From Camelus dromedarius (lineage: Eukaryota), in the NCBI RefSeq assembly GCF_036321535.1, contig NC_087445.1, forward strand, positions 78,182,001 to 78,246,000: 64,000 nucleotides of DNA, given 5' to 3'. How positions within the stretch are numbered: position 1 is the stretch's first letter; each line of letters starts with the position of its first letter. Of this stretch, positions 49,409 through 61,800 are shown in pieces. The translations under genes and the position numbers were made by a program. Under the pieces are notes generated by a model. The model made no database searches. It saw only the letters and a list, made by a program, of their open reading frames with translations, and was not told the DNA's origin.

Positions 49409-50619
49409 GGTGGGGACTGCGGCAGCAAGGCCTGGGCGGGGACCTGGGGAGCTCTTTAAGGTTCCCTGAGCGCCCCGCCCTCCACAGCCCAGGGCCCCGC
49501 CCTGTGGAGACACCTAGGCGGCGGGAACATAAGGGTGTGACCATGAGGGGAGCTGAGTGCTGGGAGCTGGACCTGAGGGCCTCTGTGTTGGGGTGAGGGG
49601 GGCAGGGGTGGAGGATGAGAGCAGTGGGCTGCTAGTCAGGGAAAGCGGGCTGCCTGCCTGGGACAGGGGGCAGCCTTGGATCAGGACCACCCCTGCCATG
49701 AGCCTAGCAGCCCTCCTGGCAGTGGACACCCTGCTGTCTGTCAGGGCACCCAGCCCGGAAAGCCAAGGAGTGGGCAGGAGAAGTGAACAGCCTGGCCACA
49801 GCCTGTTACCCCATCGCCCACCAGGGCATCACAAGTGACAAGCCGCTTGGAAGGGACTCCCCCTCCCACCTCCTGAGCTCGGACAGAGCGCCACTCCCGC
49901 GGGGCGGGGCCACGTTCCAAGCTGCCCGCGGAGGACGGGCCGGCTCAGGCGTCTTTACCCAGACGGCCCCACACCCCGCCCCTCCCTCGTGGGCTCGGGG
50001 CTGGCTTCTCTCTGCTCTCAACCTTTGAAGGAAGAACCCCAAGGGGGTTGGGAGAGGTGGTTAGAAGCTACAGTCTTCTGACCCAGAGAGACTGCCAGCC
50101 AGCCCCCAGTCGCCCTGGACTAGAAGGAAAAGCCCAGGGGTGGTTGGGGGAGTTGGTGCCCCACAGGTGTGCCCCTGCCAGTCCCTGCAGGGGCCACACT
50201 CCCAGCTTCCCACACCAGGGCTCAGCTTCGGTGGGAGGGGCCTCAGGGAGGGGCAGCGAGGCCCTGGGCCGCGGAGGCCCGGCGCCGCCTGGCGGCAGCA
50301 CGTGGGACCTGCAGGAGCCTTCCTCTCCAAGCCCAGGTCTCCTGCCTGGCCGCCTCTCCTGGAACCCAGCACTGGTCAGGGCTCCTGGCTCAGGCTACCC
50401 TTCCAGCCTGGGGCTGACCTCGACATACTACAGAGCTCAGCGCCCGGCTCCCCTCTGGGGCCTGGACCTCCCCTCCACCTGCCTCTGTCCCAGCACCAGG
50501 GGGCTGCTGCTCCACAACCGGGGGGGAGGGGTCACCCCAGCTGCTTCCTGCTTCCCTGGCACACACGATGCCTCCCCTCCTCACCTGCGCCCATTCATCA
50601 GATGTCCTGTGTCTAAAAC

Positions 50620-50790
50620 CCCCTTACAAGTCGTAAGGAAAATGGCGAAATGGACACGTGAGCAGGTGGTTCCCAAGAAAGGAAATAAAACACACCCACA
50701 GAATACACAAGTGTTTCACTGCACTTACTTCAGGGACAAAGCAGAACAAGACAGTTTGTGGTCACAACAGCCAGAAATATAGCAACCATA
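50620..50790 (+). mobile_element. Old L1M 3' fragment
   Basis: AAAATGGCGAAATGGACAC...TGGTCACAACAGCCAGAAA resembles L1M 3' ORF2/UTR. Confidence 0.4.
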
Positions 50791-50973
50791 TTCTGGGAAG
50801 CACATTCCTGGGGGTGAGTATCACCAGGTAATCAGCAGCCATCACCTCGAAGTCCCCATAAGTACACGAGGGACCAATAAACAGGTTCACCATCCCCCTG
50901 GGTGTGGGACAGTCCTGGCGTGTCCGCAGCAGAGGATGGAGGAGGTGGGTCTGGTTAGCCTGAGGGTCAGTGG

Positions 50974-51500
50974 TGTTATGGGCTGAACTGTGTCCCTTCT
51001 CCCAACCCAATTCATATGTTGAAGTCCTAGCCCCCAGCCCCCAACACCTCAGAGTATGACCATATTTGGAGATGGGGTTTTTACAGAGGTAATCAAGATG
51101 AGAACATTAAGATGGGCCCTAAGCCAATATACCCATGTTCTTATAAAAGGGAGATTTTGACACGGACACACCGAGTGGAGGCAGAGATGGGTGTGGCACT
51201 CGTTCAAGCCAAGGGCTCCAAAGACGGCCCAGGGGAGGGTACAGCTCAGTGGTAGAGCACGTGCTTAACATGTACGAGGTCCTGGGTTCTATCACCAGCA
51301 CCTCCACAAAATAATAAATAAACCTAACCCTTACCCCTGTCCCCCACAAAAAAATGAAGATGGCCAGAAAACCACCGGGAGGAACCAGCCTGCCCACACC
51401 TTGGCCTCGGCCCTCTGGCCTCCGGACTGCGAGAGTGAACATCTGCTGTTTCAGCCCCTGGTTTGTGCGCTGTGTTACAGGGGCCCTAGCAGGTCAGCCG
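50974..51500 (+). mobile_element. MLT1 (MaLR) solo LTR split by the SINE
   Basis: Typical start TGTTATGGGCTGAACTGTGTCCC...ATTCATATGTTGAAGTCCTA, internal CTTATAAAAGG, and a 3' part GGAACCAGCCTGCCCACACCTTG...TGCTGTTT. Confidence 0.75.
51232..51355 (+). mobile_element. tRNA-derived SINE, camelid Vic-1-like, inserted into a MaLR LTR
   Basis: GGGGAGGGTACAGCTCAGTGGTAGAGCAC (A box), GGGTTCTATCACC (B-box-like) and an A-rich tail. Probable target-site duplication AAGACGGCC before and AAGATGGCC after. Family name from recall. Confidence 0.8.
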
Positions 51501-52121
51501 AAGCGGGCTGAAGCGGGAGGGAGAAGCCAGCAAGTTGCAAACACTGTGTCAGTTACGGTCACTCCGAGTTCCTGCTTGTGTCTGAGCACAGGTGGGAGCG
51601 ACCGCCTGCAGGATGACCTCTGACACACGCACACACATGCCATCTGTGCTCCTTCCGCCTGCATGGTTTGAAATTTCTACCGTACCTTTAAAATGTTTCT
51701 GAAGACATGAGAACAAACTCAGGGTCACCAGCCTTTACCGGGCTGCTCGACTGCTCAGGCTGTCTCTAGCTCTCCCTGCCATCCCCACCACGTCCACACA
51801 GCAGCCCTGAAGCAGGCCCCTGAGGGTGGCCTGACCCCTCCCTCCACTGTCCCTGCGGGGCAGCCGTGGCCCAAGGTCCCAGGGGCTGCTGGCCTCATCC
51901 TTGTCCCTGCGTGGGACTCTTCTGTCCTGAACCCCTGCCTGCAGGTCCTCCCCAGCGGCATCTCCCCGACTCTGTTCTGAAGAGAGGCGGGGGGGGGGAG
52001 CCCACCCCTTCTCTGGGCTGACCTGGCGCCTGTGCGGCAGGGGCTGTAGCCGTGGCATCGAGCACGCCCGTCTTCGTCCCACACCAAGCCCCACACACGC
52101 AGGCTCGCGTGGGCTTTCATG

Positions 52122-52131
52122 TTTATTTATT
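52122..52131 (-). terminator. ABCA2 poly(A) signal (overlapping AATAAA x2)
   Basis: TTTATTTATT on the + strand about 700 nt past the stop. Confidence 0.8.
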
Positions 52132-52824
52132 TAAAACAAACACCTATGCCCTACGCACAGGTCCGGCTCCTGGGTGGGCAGGCAGGGGGCCAAGCTGGGC
52201 GGAAGAGCGATGGCAGCTGGAGGGGGAGGGAGGGGGTCCGACCCCTGGCCTGGCCGGTGGGGCTGGCTTCTACGTTCCTGCCACCCAGGCCGCCACCCGA
52301 TGGCAGCCTCCTCCCCGGACCTCGATGGTGGCCTTCCTGCAGAAAAGCAGGGTGAGGGAGCCTCTTCCTAACAAAATAAATAGGCGCTTTGGGTGGGACC
52401 TCACCCACACCCACCCTCAGCCCCAGGCCAGCAGCTGCCGCCACCCAAATTTGGCTGTAAGAGAAGAGCCAGTTCAGGAGCCAGGCCGGCCGGGGGCAGG
52501 TTGGGCAGAACCTGGCAGCCTGGGTCACCCCAGTGGCCCCTGGGGTGGTGGACAGAGCTGGGCAGGGGTGGAGGCCAGGGGCCGGCCAGACCCCCAGGCA
52601 TTAAGGCAGAGCAGGGTGAGGGAGAGCACAGCCCAGGGCCGGGCCAGCCTTTGGCACAATGCGGGGAGGGCGGCACAGCGGCCAAGAGCAGGCGGAGCCT
52701 GAGGCCCTTGGTCCTGGACCTCCTGCTCCAGGGCCTGGCAGGTGGGCACTGGGGGCATAGGGTGGGACCTCGGCCACCGCCTGACTTCTGTTCCCAAGGT
52801 CCGTCATCCATCCAGCTCCTGTGG

Positions 52825-55800
52825 TCAGCAGAGCGTGTCTGTGTTGAAGGAGAGCTGGGCCTGGTGGACAGCAGACAGGCCTGGCTTGGGACGTCTGACA
52901 CCCTCCCCCCAGAACTGGGCCTGCCGCTGGCTCACCCCACTCCAGACCTGAGCTTTCTCAGTGGTGGGCACCCCACGTGGCCCCTCTGCTAGTCTGGTGG
53001 CTGCTGTCCCCAGGCTCTGCTCCCTACACCTCTGCTCAGTGTTGTGGTGTCCGGGGTGGGGCTGTCCCCTCTGCCTGTGCCCACGCCTCCCATGTCCATT
53101 CTGGTCCTGAACATCAGGTGGGTCCCTCTGTCCCCTGGAGCTCGGGACAGCAGGGGCCCCAGGGCCACTCCCCTCCAGCCCCTCCAACATCCAGAGCCTG
53201 AGCCCTGAGGCCTGCCCAGCTGCCTGACCCGCCAGACCCCGCTCACCCGCTCCTCCTCGAAGCTAATGAGGCCCTCGTCCTCCGTGTCCAGGTCCTCGGG
53301 CTCATCAGCCACGAGTGCCCGCAGCTCGGTGGGGGTGGGTCGGGGCCGGAGCAGGCTGAGTAGGCGGCCCAGGGGGGACTGCAGGGCTGAGGGCGGCTCT
53401 GTCTCCTGCTGCTCTAGGTTGTCGCTCTGCTTCTTGGCAAAGTTCACGAACACCTGGTGGGCGTGGGCAGGTGGGTGGGCGGGGCCGGCCCAGCGGAGCC
53501 CCGGAGACCCCCCCCCGGCACTCACGTTGTCCAGGGTGGTCTGGCTGACCGAGTAGTCCTGGATGCCCAGCACGCCCGCCACCTGCTCCATCTTGCTGAA
53601 CACTTGTGCCAGCGAGATGTGCTCCGACTTGAGCTGGTACTGCACCTTCGTGTGGTGCCGCTCCTGTGGGGCACAGGGGTCAGAGGCCGCTCGGGCAGTG
53701 GCGCCCCCCACCGCGCCCCAGCCCCAGGGGCCCCCCCCACCTTGAGCACAGCCTCAGGGAAGTTCCTGTTGAAGAACCGCACCACGTCCTTCACGTTCTG
53801 GCTACTCTTGGTCCTCACTGTGATCATGTAGCCGTCCCCGAACCTGCGGGACAGGCCCATGGCCCAAGCACCAGCCGCAGGGAGTCCGGCCTCCCCCCGC
53901 CGCAGCCCCCACAGCCCGCCCCCGCGCAGCACCACTGCTCACCGGTTCTTCAGGTGCTGGATGCTGCCCAGACAGCGCAGGCGCCCATTCACCATGATGG
54001 CCAGCCGTGTGCACAGAGCCTCGCACTCCTCCATGCTGCGGGCAGAGACACGCTGGCTGGCACAGACAGAGGGGGGCACTGGGGGCGTTGGGGAGGAGAA
54101 GGCCGGGGGAGTGTGCACCTGTGAGACGTCAGCACCACCGAGCGCCCCGTCTTGATGAGGTCCAAAATGAGGTTCCAGAGGAAGCGCCGGGCCTTGGGGT
54201 CCATGCCTGTGGTGGGCTCATCCTGGGGGTGGTGCCAGGCTCAGCTGCTGTACCCCATTCACCCCAGCTGGCCCCACCCTCTGCTTCCAGGCTCACCAGG
54301 AAGATGAAGGCGGGGTAGCAGACCCCCATCCCACCCCAGCTCACCAGGAAGATGAAGGCGGGGTACCCGATGAGGGCAATGGCTGTGGACAGTTTGCGCT
54401 TGTTGCCTCCGCTGTAGGTGCCGGCAGGCTTGTCAGCATACTTGGTCAGCTCCAGCTTCTCCAGGGCCCACGTCACCACCTGGGAGCGAGAGCGGATGTC
54501 AGGGGCCCACCCTCCACAGCAGCCCCCTCCCCCGAGGGGCAGCCCTCACCCGGGCCTCGTCCTTCCAGGGGACACCCCGGAGCCGCGTGTACAGCTGCAG
54601 GTGCTCCCGGGCCGTGAGCTCGTCAAACAGGGCGTCAAACTGTGGGCAGTACCCGAGGCTCTGCTGCACCTGGAGCAGCTCCTTGAGCACGCTGGGGACA
54701 CAGAGCCGTCAGCCCCGTCGCCGCGGTCTCCGCGGTCGCCCGGCCCCCGAGCCCCCGCCCGCCTGCACCTGTGCCCGTTGACGAAGGCCTCGCCCCCTGT
54801 TGTGCTCTCGTCACCCGTCAACATCTTGAAGGTGCTGGTCTTGCCCGCGCCATTGACGCCCAGGAGGCCAAAGCACTCGCCAGGACGCACACCTAGACAC
54901 AGGCGGTCCACTGCCAGGATGCGGCCGATCTTCCGCGACTTGTACACCTGGCAGAGGTGAGGGGGCAGCTGGCTCAGCGGGGCGTGTCCACCTGGGCCCC
55001 GCCCCACCAGGGCCGGGCCCCACCTTGGTCAGGTTCTCAATTTTGACCATGTCGTTGTCAGCATCCCCCCGCAGCACACGCTGCCGCTCGCTGGCCACGT
55101 CCACGTCATCCTCCACGGGCTTCGTCGACACTGGCATGCGCCTGGGGGGACAGGGTGGGCAGTGCCCGGCTGGATCACCCCGCATTGTCCCGTGCTCCCC
55201 CACTCACCGTGGCCACGGTAGGAAGGTGGGCAGTGCCAGGCCCCCCGCCCTGCACCGTCCGTCCAGGACGCCCCCACTCACTGTGGCTGCCGCAGAAAGT
55301 TATACTGACACACGATGGTGAGGAGGAAGCCCACGAAGCCCTCGACTGTCATGGCCACCAACCCCCTGGTGACAATGTCCCACTCGAACGGGGACTTCAT
55401 CTTGTCGAACTGGCCTGTGGGGCAGCTGGCTGAGGGCCGTGCCCGGGGCCTCGGGAGCCCCTCCTCGGCCCATGCCTGGAGCTCCCTGGTCTCCCTCGGC
55501 CCCCTGTCCAGGGGCGCTGGCTCTCCCCCCTCCACCCGCNNNNNNNNNNNNNNNNNNNNNNNNNNNNNNNNNNNNNNNNNNNNNNNNNNNNNNNNNNNNN
55601 NNNNNNNNNNNNNNNNNNNNNNNNNNNNNNNNNNNNNNNNNNNNNNNNNNNNNNNNNNNNNNNNNNNNNNNNNNNNNNNNNNNNNNNGGGGTCATGGCAC
55701 AGCCTCAGCCCCACCGTCCCGCTGCCCACCGCCTGGCCGCCCCCCACCTGGCCCACCTTGTCATGCTCAAAGAGCTGCAGCAGGAAGGTGGCCACAGTGG

Positions 55801-58800
55801 CCGTGATGCCGATGAAGAGGTTGATGACAATGAGAAACACGTAGGCTGAGCTGGGCACCTCGAACCAGAAGGAGGCCGGGTACATGATGGGGGTGATGGA
55901 CCAGCTGTGGGCAGCGGGCGGGCGGTGGTCACTGGTGGCCCTAGCCTGCCCCAAGCCCATCCCCCTCGCCCGCTCCCCCTTACCCGTAGAGCAGGAAGAG
56001 GGACAGCACAGCAGGGAAGTTGGTGGGCGACGTGTAGGCCGGCAAGTCAAACACGAACAGGATGATGACGCAGCAGGTGGCCGGGACCAGGTAGTTGAGC
56101 TACCGGAGCAGGGGCGGCAGGTGAGGGGCTGGGGGGTGTGGGGGAGAAGCTTGGGGGCAGGCAGGGGTGAGGGGCCCGGGGGCAGGACTGGGGGGCCCGG
56201 CAGGGGACAGGGGATGGGACGGCCAGGGCTCCAGGGGCACACCATGTCCCACACGTAGTTGGCCAGCCAGTAGACGACAGGATTGCAGCCGCTGACGAAC
56301 TGCAGGTGCTTGGCCTTGGTGGACTTCTCGGCCACCAGAAAGACCACGAAGCTGGCCGGCACGAAGGACATGGCCACGATGATGAAGATGGCGATGACTA
56401 CATCTGTGCCCTGCAGCCTGGGGGCAAGGTGGCCCTCAGCCCTGCCCGCACGCAGTCCCGCAGTGGTGCCCCGCCCCCTCCCACCCCCTGCACGTACAGG
56501 TAATCCAGAGAGAGGCTGGCACTCGTCTTGTTCATGGGGTGGTTGGTGACGGTGATGCCTGCAGCACAGCAGAGAGCAGCCTCAGGGGCCTGCTCTGCGC
56601 GCAGCCCAGCCCACCCCGGCCGCCCCAGCTCACCATAGGCCGCAGGGTTGCCCTTGCTCTTGGGTAGATTGGCACGCAGAATGGCGTTGTTGAGGCTGTT
56701 GAGGTAGGTGGGCATGCTGTGGTAACCCTTGTTGTTGTAGAAAACCTGACGGGGGCACAGAGAGACCCCAAAGCCCGGTGGGTCCCTGCAGACCGTGGGC
56801 GAGGGCCGGACGCTGCAGGGCCCGGGACCGAGTGGTGCTCACCTGGGCTGCTCGGCGCACCGCGATCTTCCGCACCATGGCTGGGGCCCGGGCGCCAAAC
56901 GAGGCTGGGATGGACTTCTGGACATTGCCAAAGGTGATGGCCCCATACCTGGGCAGCAAGTCAAGGAGTGGTGAGGTCAGGCGGGTGCAGGCTGTCTGCT
57001 CCTTGTCCATGGCCAGTGCGCCCCTCCCACCTGGCTCACCGGTGCAGCCGGAAGCGGTCAGAAGTAAAGAGTAGGTACTCAGAGACGTTGTGGCCGGTGA
57101 TGTCTGTGAGGATGTCGCCCGTGACCACTCGCATCTGGGGTGGGCGTCCGCCCACACCACCAGGGCAGGAGAAGCCAGTGCCCTGCCCAGAGCAGGTGCA
57201 GCGGACAGGCTCCCGCACCAGGTGTGGCAGGGAGGGTGCGGACGTCCAGTTCTCTGTGGGCACAGCAGGCAGTCAGCCCAGCCCACACTGCCCCAGGCCC
57301 CGCGCAGCCCCACGATCCAGTACCTGGCCCGGAGGTGGGTGGCAGGGAGGCGTTCCAAGCCTGCAGCAGGTCCTCGTCCAAGGACACAGGGGAGTCAGAA
57401 GGTGCGGGCGAGGGTGGGGGTGGCACGAAGTTGGACAGCGGCAGCCCCTGCGTGAAGGACTCCAGGCACATGCTGTCGAAGAACCGTGCGGCCAGCAGGC
57501 GCGACTCGCCACTGCTCAGGTTCAGTGTGGGCCCCAGGGAGCCGTTGGCTGGAGACTTCAGCACACAGGTGGCGCCCACACCCGACGGCAGCCGGAACGT
57601 GCTCACCAGCTGCTGTGGGCTGGCATCAGGGGACAGCCGCAACCTGGGAAACCCCACAATGAGTCTAGGTTGGGGGACGGTGCCCACCACTCCCAGCTCT
57701 CACACTGGCCCCCATCCCCAATGGCTGTCTGTCTGGCGGCCTCACCGGTCCTCCTGGCGCTCCTCGTTGGCATAGGGGATGAAGTTGCCGCGGGGCTGGG
57801 TGTAGTTGTGGTACTGGGAGGGTGACAGCACCAGTGGGGGCAGGTCACCTGGCAGGGTGCACGGGCAAGCCTGAGCAGGTTGTGCCTGCCAGCAACCCCC
57901 AGGCCTGGGTTCCCTCTCTCCCGTACCCAGAGGGCCCAAGCCTGGGGTCTGGACCCAAGGAAGGCATGAAGCCCGGGGTGTGCCTGCCAGGCTCAGGTGC
58001 AGTGCCCAGGCCCGGAGCAAGTGTGGGCCCCCCAGGTGGCTCAGGAGCAGGACGGAGCCACGCCCCGAAGCCAGGCCAGGCAGCCGTACCGATCTCTGGG
58101 ACAGAGAGAGCCACAGTCATAGCCACGCAGACAAAGAAGGCGGGGAGCAGGATCTGAGAGGACAGCGCCTTGGAGTTGCGTCGGGCGCAGTGGAAGCGCT
58201 TCACCAAGAGCCCGTGGAACTGGCGCACCTTCAGCCACCAGCCCTCCAGCTTGCGGCTGCCCTGGCCGACCCGTGTGAGGGCCTCCGCTTCGGCCTCTGC
58301 ACAGGGAGGTAGGGGCTGAGCAGGTGACCCCACACCACCCTCCAGGACACTCCCGGCCCCACCCAGCTGCCCCCCACCTTGCAAGCTGACATTGTCAGGG
58401 TCCTGCAAGTTGTCGAAGAGGGGACGGTAGTCGCCATACACATCGGTGTAGCCGGCTCCCTCGTCACCGCGGGCAGAGCCCACCGAGGACGCGGACTGCA
58501 GCGATGCCTGTGACTGGGCCAGCTCTGCGCTCTGGGCCAGGTTGCTGGCGTGAGCCTCCCCGGACATCGAGTCCTCAGCCCCAGGCAGCACATCTTTCCT
58601 GGACTCTTTCACATCTGCAATGGCAGAGGGGCCAGGGAAGGCAGGAGAGGGGCTCAGGGCTGCCGGCCCCCAGCAGGCCTGCCTGGGACCCCAGCCCCCA
58701 CACTCGCCCACCCACCCAGGACCCTAGCCCCAGACTGACCCTGGGAGGTCCTGGCTCCTTGTTGCCACCTAAGACCCTTGGTGCCCAGAGATAGGGGAAG

Positions 58801-61800
58801 AGTGAGCAGCCCCAGACCCAAGTTCAGGCCTGGGGGAGTGGGGAAGGTTGAGAAGGGCAGGGCTGATCCGCAGCTCCGGGACCTCACCTGCCTCACTGTT
58901 CTCCAGAGACTGGTCCTCCTCTGACACCTTAAGGAACACCTCCTCCAGTGTCGAGTCCATCAGCCCAAAACTGCTCAGGTGCAGTTCATCCAGACTGCGC
59001 TCTAGGTGCTAGAGAGAGCTGGGTGAGGCCCACCCCAGCGTGGGCCGCAGGGCGGGTGGTGCCTGCCTCCTCTGCAGCCCCGCCCCACCCCACGGGCCCG
59101 CCTCCCTGGCCCCGCCCCTGAGCACTGCCCAGCCCCGCCTTCCTCCAACCCCACCTCTTCTGCTGAACACACCTCCTCTGCAGCCCTGCCTCTGCCATGA
59201 GCCCGGCCCCCGAAGCCTACCCCAGCCCTGTCTCCTCCACCAGCCCCACCTCCCCTCAAACCCCACATCCCTCCACGGACCCCGCCCCCTAACCAACCCC
59301 GCCTCCCCTGCCGCCTCCACCTCCTGCACTGGCCCTCCCCGGAGCCCCACCCCCTCCTCTGGTCCCACCTCCTCCACCAGCTCAGCCCCACCCTCACACC
59401 TGAAAGAGGCGCTCAAAGGCCCCCTTCTTGGCCGCCTCGCTGGGCAGGATGTAGGAGAGCTCGGTGCTCGTGTCCGAGACCAGCAGGCAGGAGGCCACGT
59501 GTTTGCGGATGAATTGGGAAACCTGAGGCTCGGAGCAGCTGCTCAGCTGGGCCCGACCTGGGGGGCTGGCTGTCAGACCCGGCTCTAGGAGGGAAGAGGA
59601 GCAGGGAGGGCTTCACTCAGGGGCGGGGGGAGAGGGGGAGCCAGGCCCAGCCAGCATCCTGGGCCTCACGAGGCCACGGTGAGAGCTCAGGCCCTCAACC
59701 TCATGGGTGTGAGGAAGGGATCTGGGGGCAGGCCGCCTCAGCACAGACCTTGGGGGTCCCCGGGTTCGGCAGGCTGCTTGACCAGCGTGAGGCGGTAGCC
59801 GTCCCCGTAGGCACCCTTGAGAAAGAGTGGGGAGCCGCAGCACTTGAGCTTCCCGTGGGAGATGATGGCGATGCGGTCCCCAAGCAAGTCGGCCTCGTCC
59901 ATGTGGTGGGTGGACAGGAGGATGGTGCGCCCTGCGGCAGGCCGAGGCGGGGGTCAGGGGGCAGCTGGGCGGGGCCGGGCAGGGGCCGCACACACCCACC
60001 TAGCGGCCTGCTCACCTGGCTTATACTTCAGGATGAGGTCCCAGATGGCGCGGCGCGCATAGGGGTCCACGCCGGCTGTGGGCTCATCCAGGATGATGGC
60101 ACGGGAGCCGCCCACGAAGGCGATGGCCACAGACAGCTTGCGCTTCATGCCACCGGACAGTGTCTGCACCAGCGAGTGCCTCTTGTTGGAGAGCTCCAGG
60201 TCTTCGATCATCCTGAGGGGGGTACAGCAGGGCCTAGGACCGGGCCTGTGGGGAGCCGGGGCCTCGGCTGCAGCCTCTGGTCCCGCCCGAGCCCCACCCA
60301 CTTGTCCATCTCCTTGCGGATCTCCTCCTGGGCCATGCTCTTGAGCCTGGAGTAGAACCAGAGGTGCTCCTCCACCGTGAGGCGGTCGAAGAGCACGTTG
60401 TGCTGAGGGCACATGCCCAGGTTCTTCCGGATCTCGTCCATCTCCGTGCGGATGTCATGCCCGTAGATGGTGGCCGAGCCCGACGTCGGCGGGAACAGGC
60501 CAGTGAGGATGGACCTGGGCGGGTCGGCAGGGTCAGGGCCCCCACCTCCTGCAGGGAGCCCTCCCGACCGCCCGTGCAGTCAGGAACTCGGGGTGGGTCC
60601 CCGCACCCCGACACTCACATGGTGGTGGTCTTGCCGGCCCCGTTGTGGCCCAGGAAGGACACCACCTGGTTCTCGTAGAGGTTCAGGCTCAGCTTGTTCA
60701 AGGCCAGCTTCTTGTCATTCTTGTAGACCTTGGTGAGCTTGTCCACGCAGACCACCAGCGGCAGGTGGGTGGGCTCCTCTTCCATGCCCCGAGTCTCCTC
60801 TGCACCAGGGCCGAGGGTCAGCGCCGGGGCCACCCCAGGCCCCTGAGACGCAGCAACTGCCCCAGCCACCACCCTGGCGCCTGCCTCACCCAAGCGCCGG
60901 CTCTCCATGGCGCAGGCCTGGTCCTCTTCCATGACGCTGAGGCGGGGGGCGCGAGCCCACGGCCAGCTCCACTCCCATGCCTCCGCCCGCCCGCTGCCCA
61001 GCCAGTAGGACTTTTGCAGCGGGAAGTACCAGGGCCGCGGCAGCCCGTACATGCCTGCGGGGTCGAAGGGGAGGCTGACCCAGCGCCCGGGGTCGCTGTC
61101 TACCTGAGGCCACGCGCCCCTCCCCCTAGAGACAGCCTCCTCCCCCTCTCCCTCCAAGGACTCGGTACCTGGGTGCACCGCCTCAATGTACCATGTGAGC
61201 ACACCATAGACAGCTGCGTCAACCATCAGCATGGTGACAGCCAGGAGCAGGTTGAAGTCGTCCCCTTCCACAGGTGACTGGCTGAACGTGTGCCACTGAA
61301 TGCCCACGCCTGCCACCTCGTACAGGGCGAAGTACTTGGAGCCCAGGCCAAAGGCCGTCGTGGACATCAGGGACTGAGGAGACAGCAGTGTCAGGGGGGA
61401 GAGGAGGCTGGACTCCACCTCAACCCCCACCACCATGACCCTCACCGCGATGCACTTCTCGAAGGCGGTGATCTTATCGTGGGCCACCTCCTCGCGGATT
61501 GCCACGTACATGTAGGGCACATAGCTCAGGAAGTAGATGATGCCGCCGCAGGCCGAGGCCAGCTTGGCCTTGGAGTACAGCACGGACACCAGGAAGCTGG
61601 GGGCAGGCAGGGCCACGGGCCATCAGCCACACCTGAATCTCGGCCCCATGCGTGAAGCCCATCCTCCAGCCTGCTGCCAGCCATACAGCACTCACCAGAA
61701 CATGATGGTGGCCACAGCGTAGACGGCCAGGAAGAGCCAGATGATGAGCACATGGCTGTGCATGAGGACCTGGCCATACTTGAGGATGGCAGTGAGCGCC

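Noticed and set aside
51232-51305. tRNA-like sequence
   Set aside because: It has A and B boxes but no complete cloverleaf, and it carries an A-rich tail and a TSD. It is a SINE, not a tRNA gene.
60615-61616. Three consecutive ABCA2 introns (72, 114 and 90 nt) are 3n and stop-free, giving a 333-aa read-through ORF
   Set aside because: About 7 of 37 ABCA2 introns here behave this way, roughly what short GC-rich introns would give by chance.
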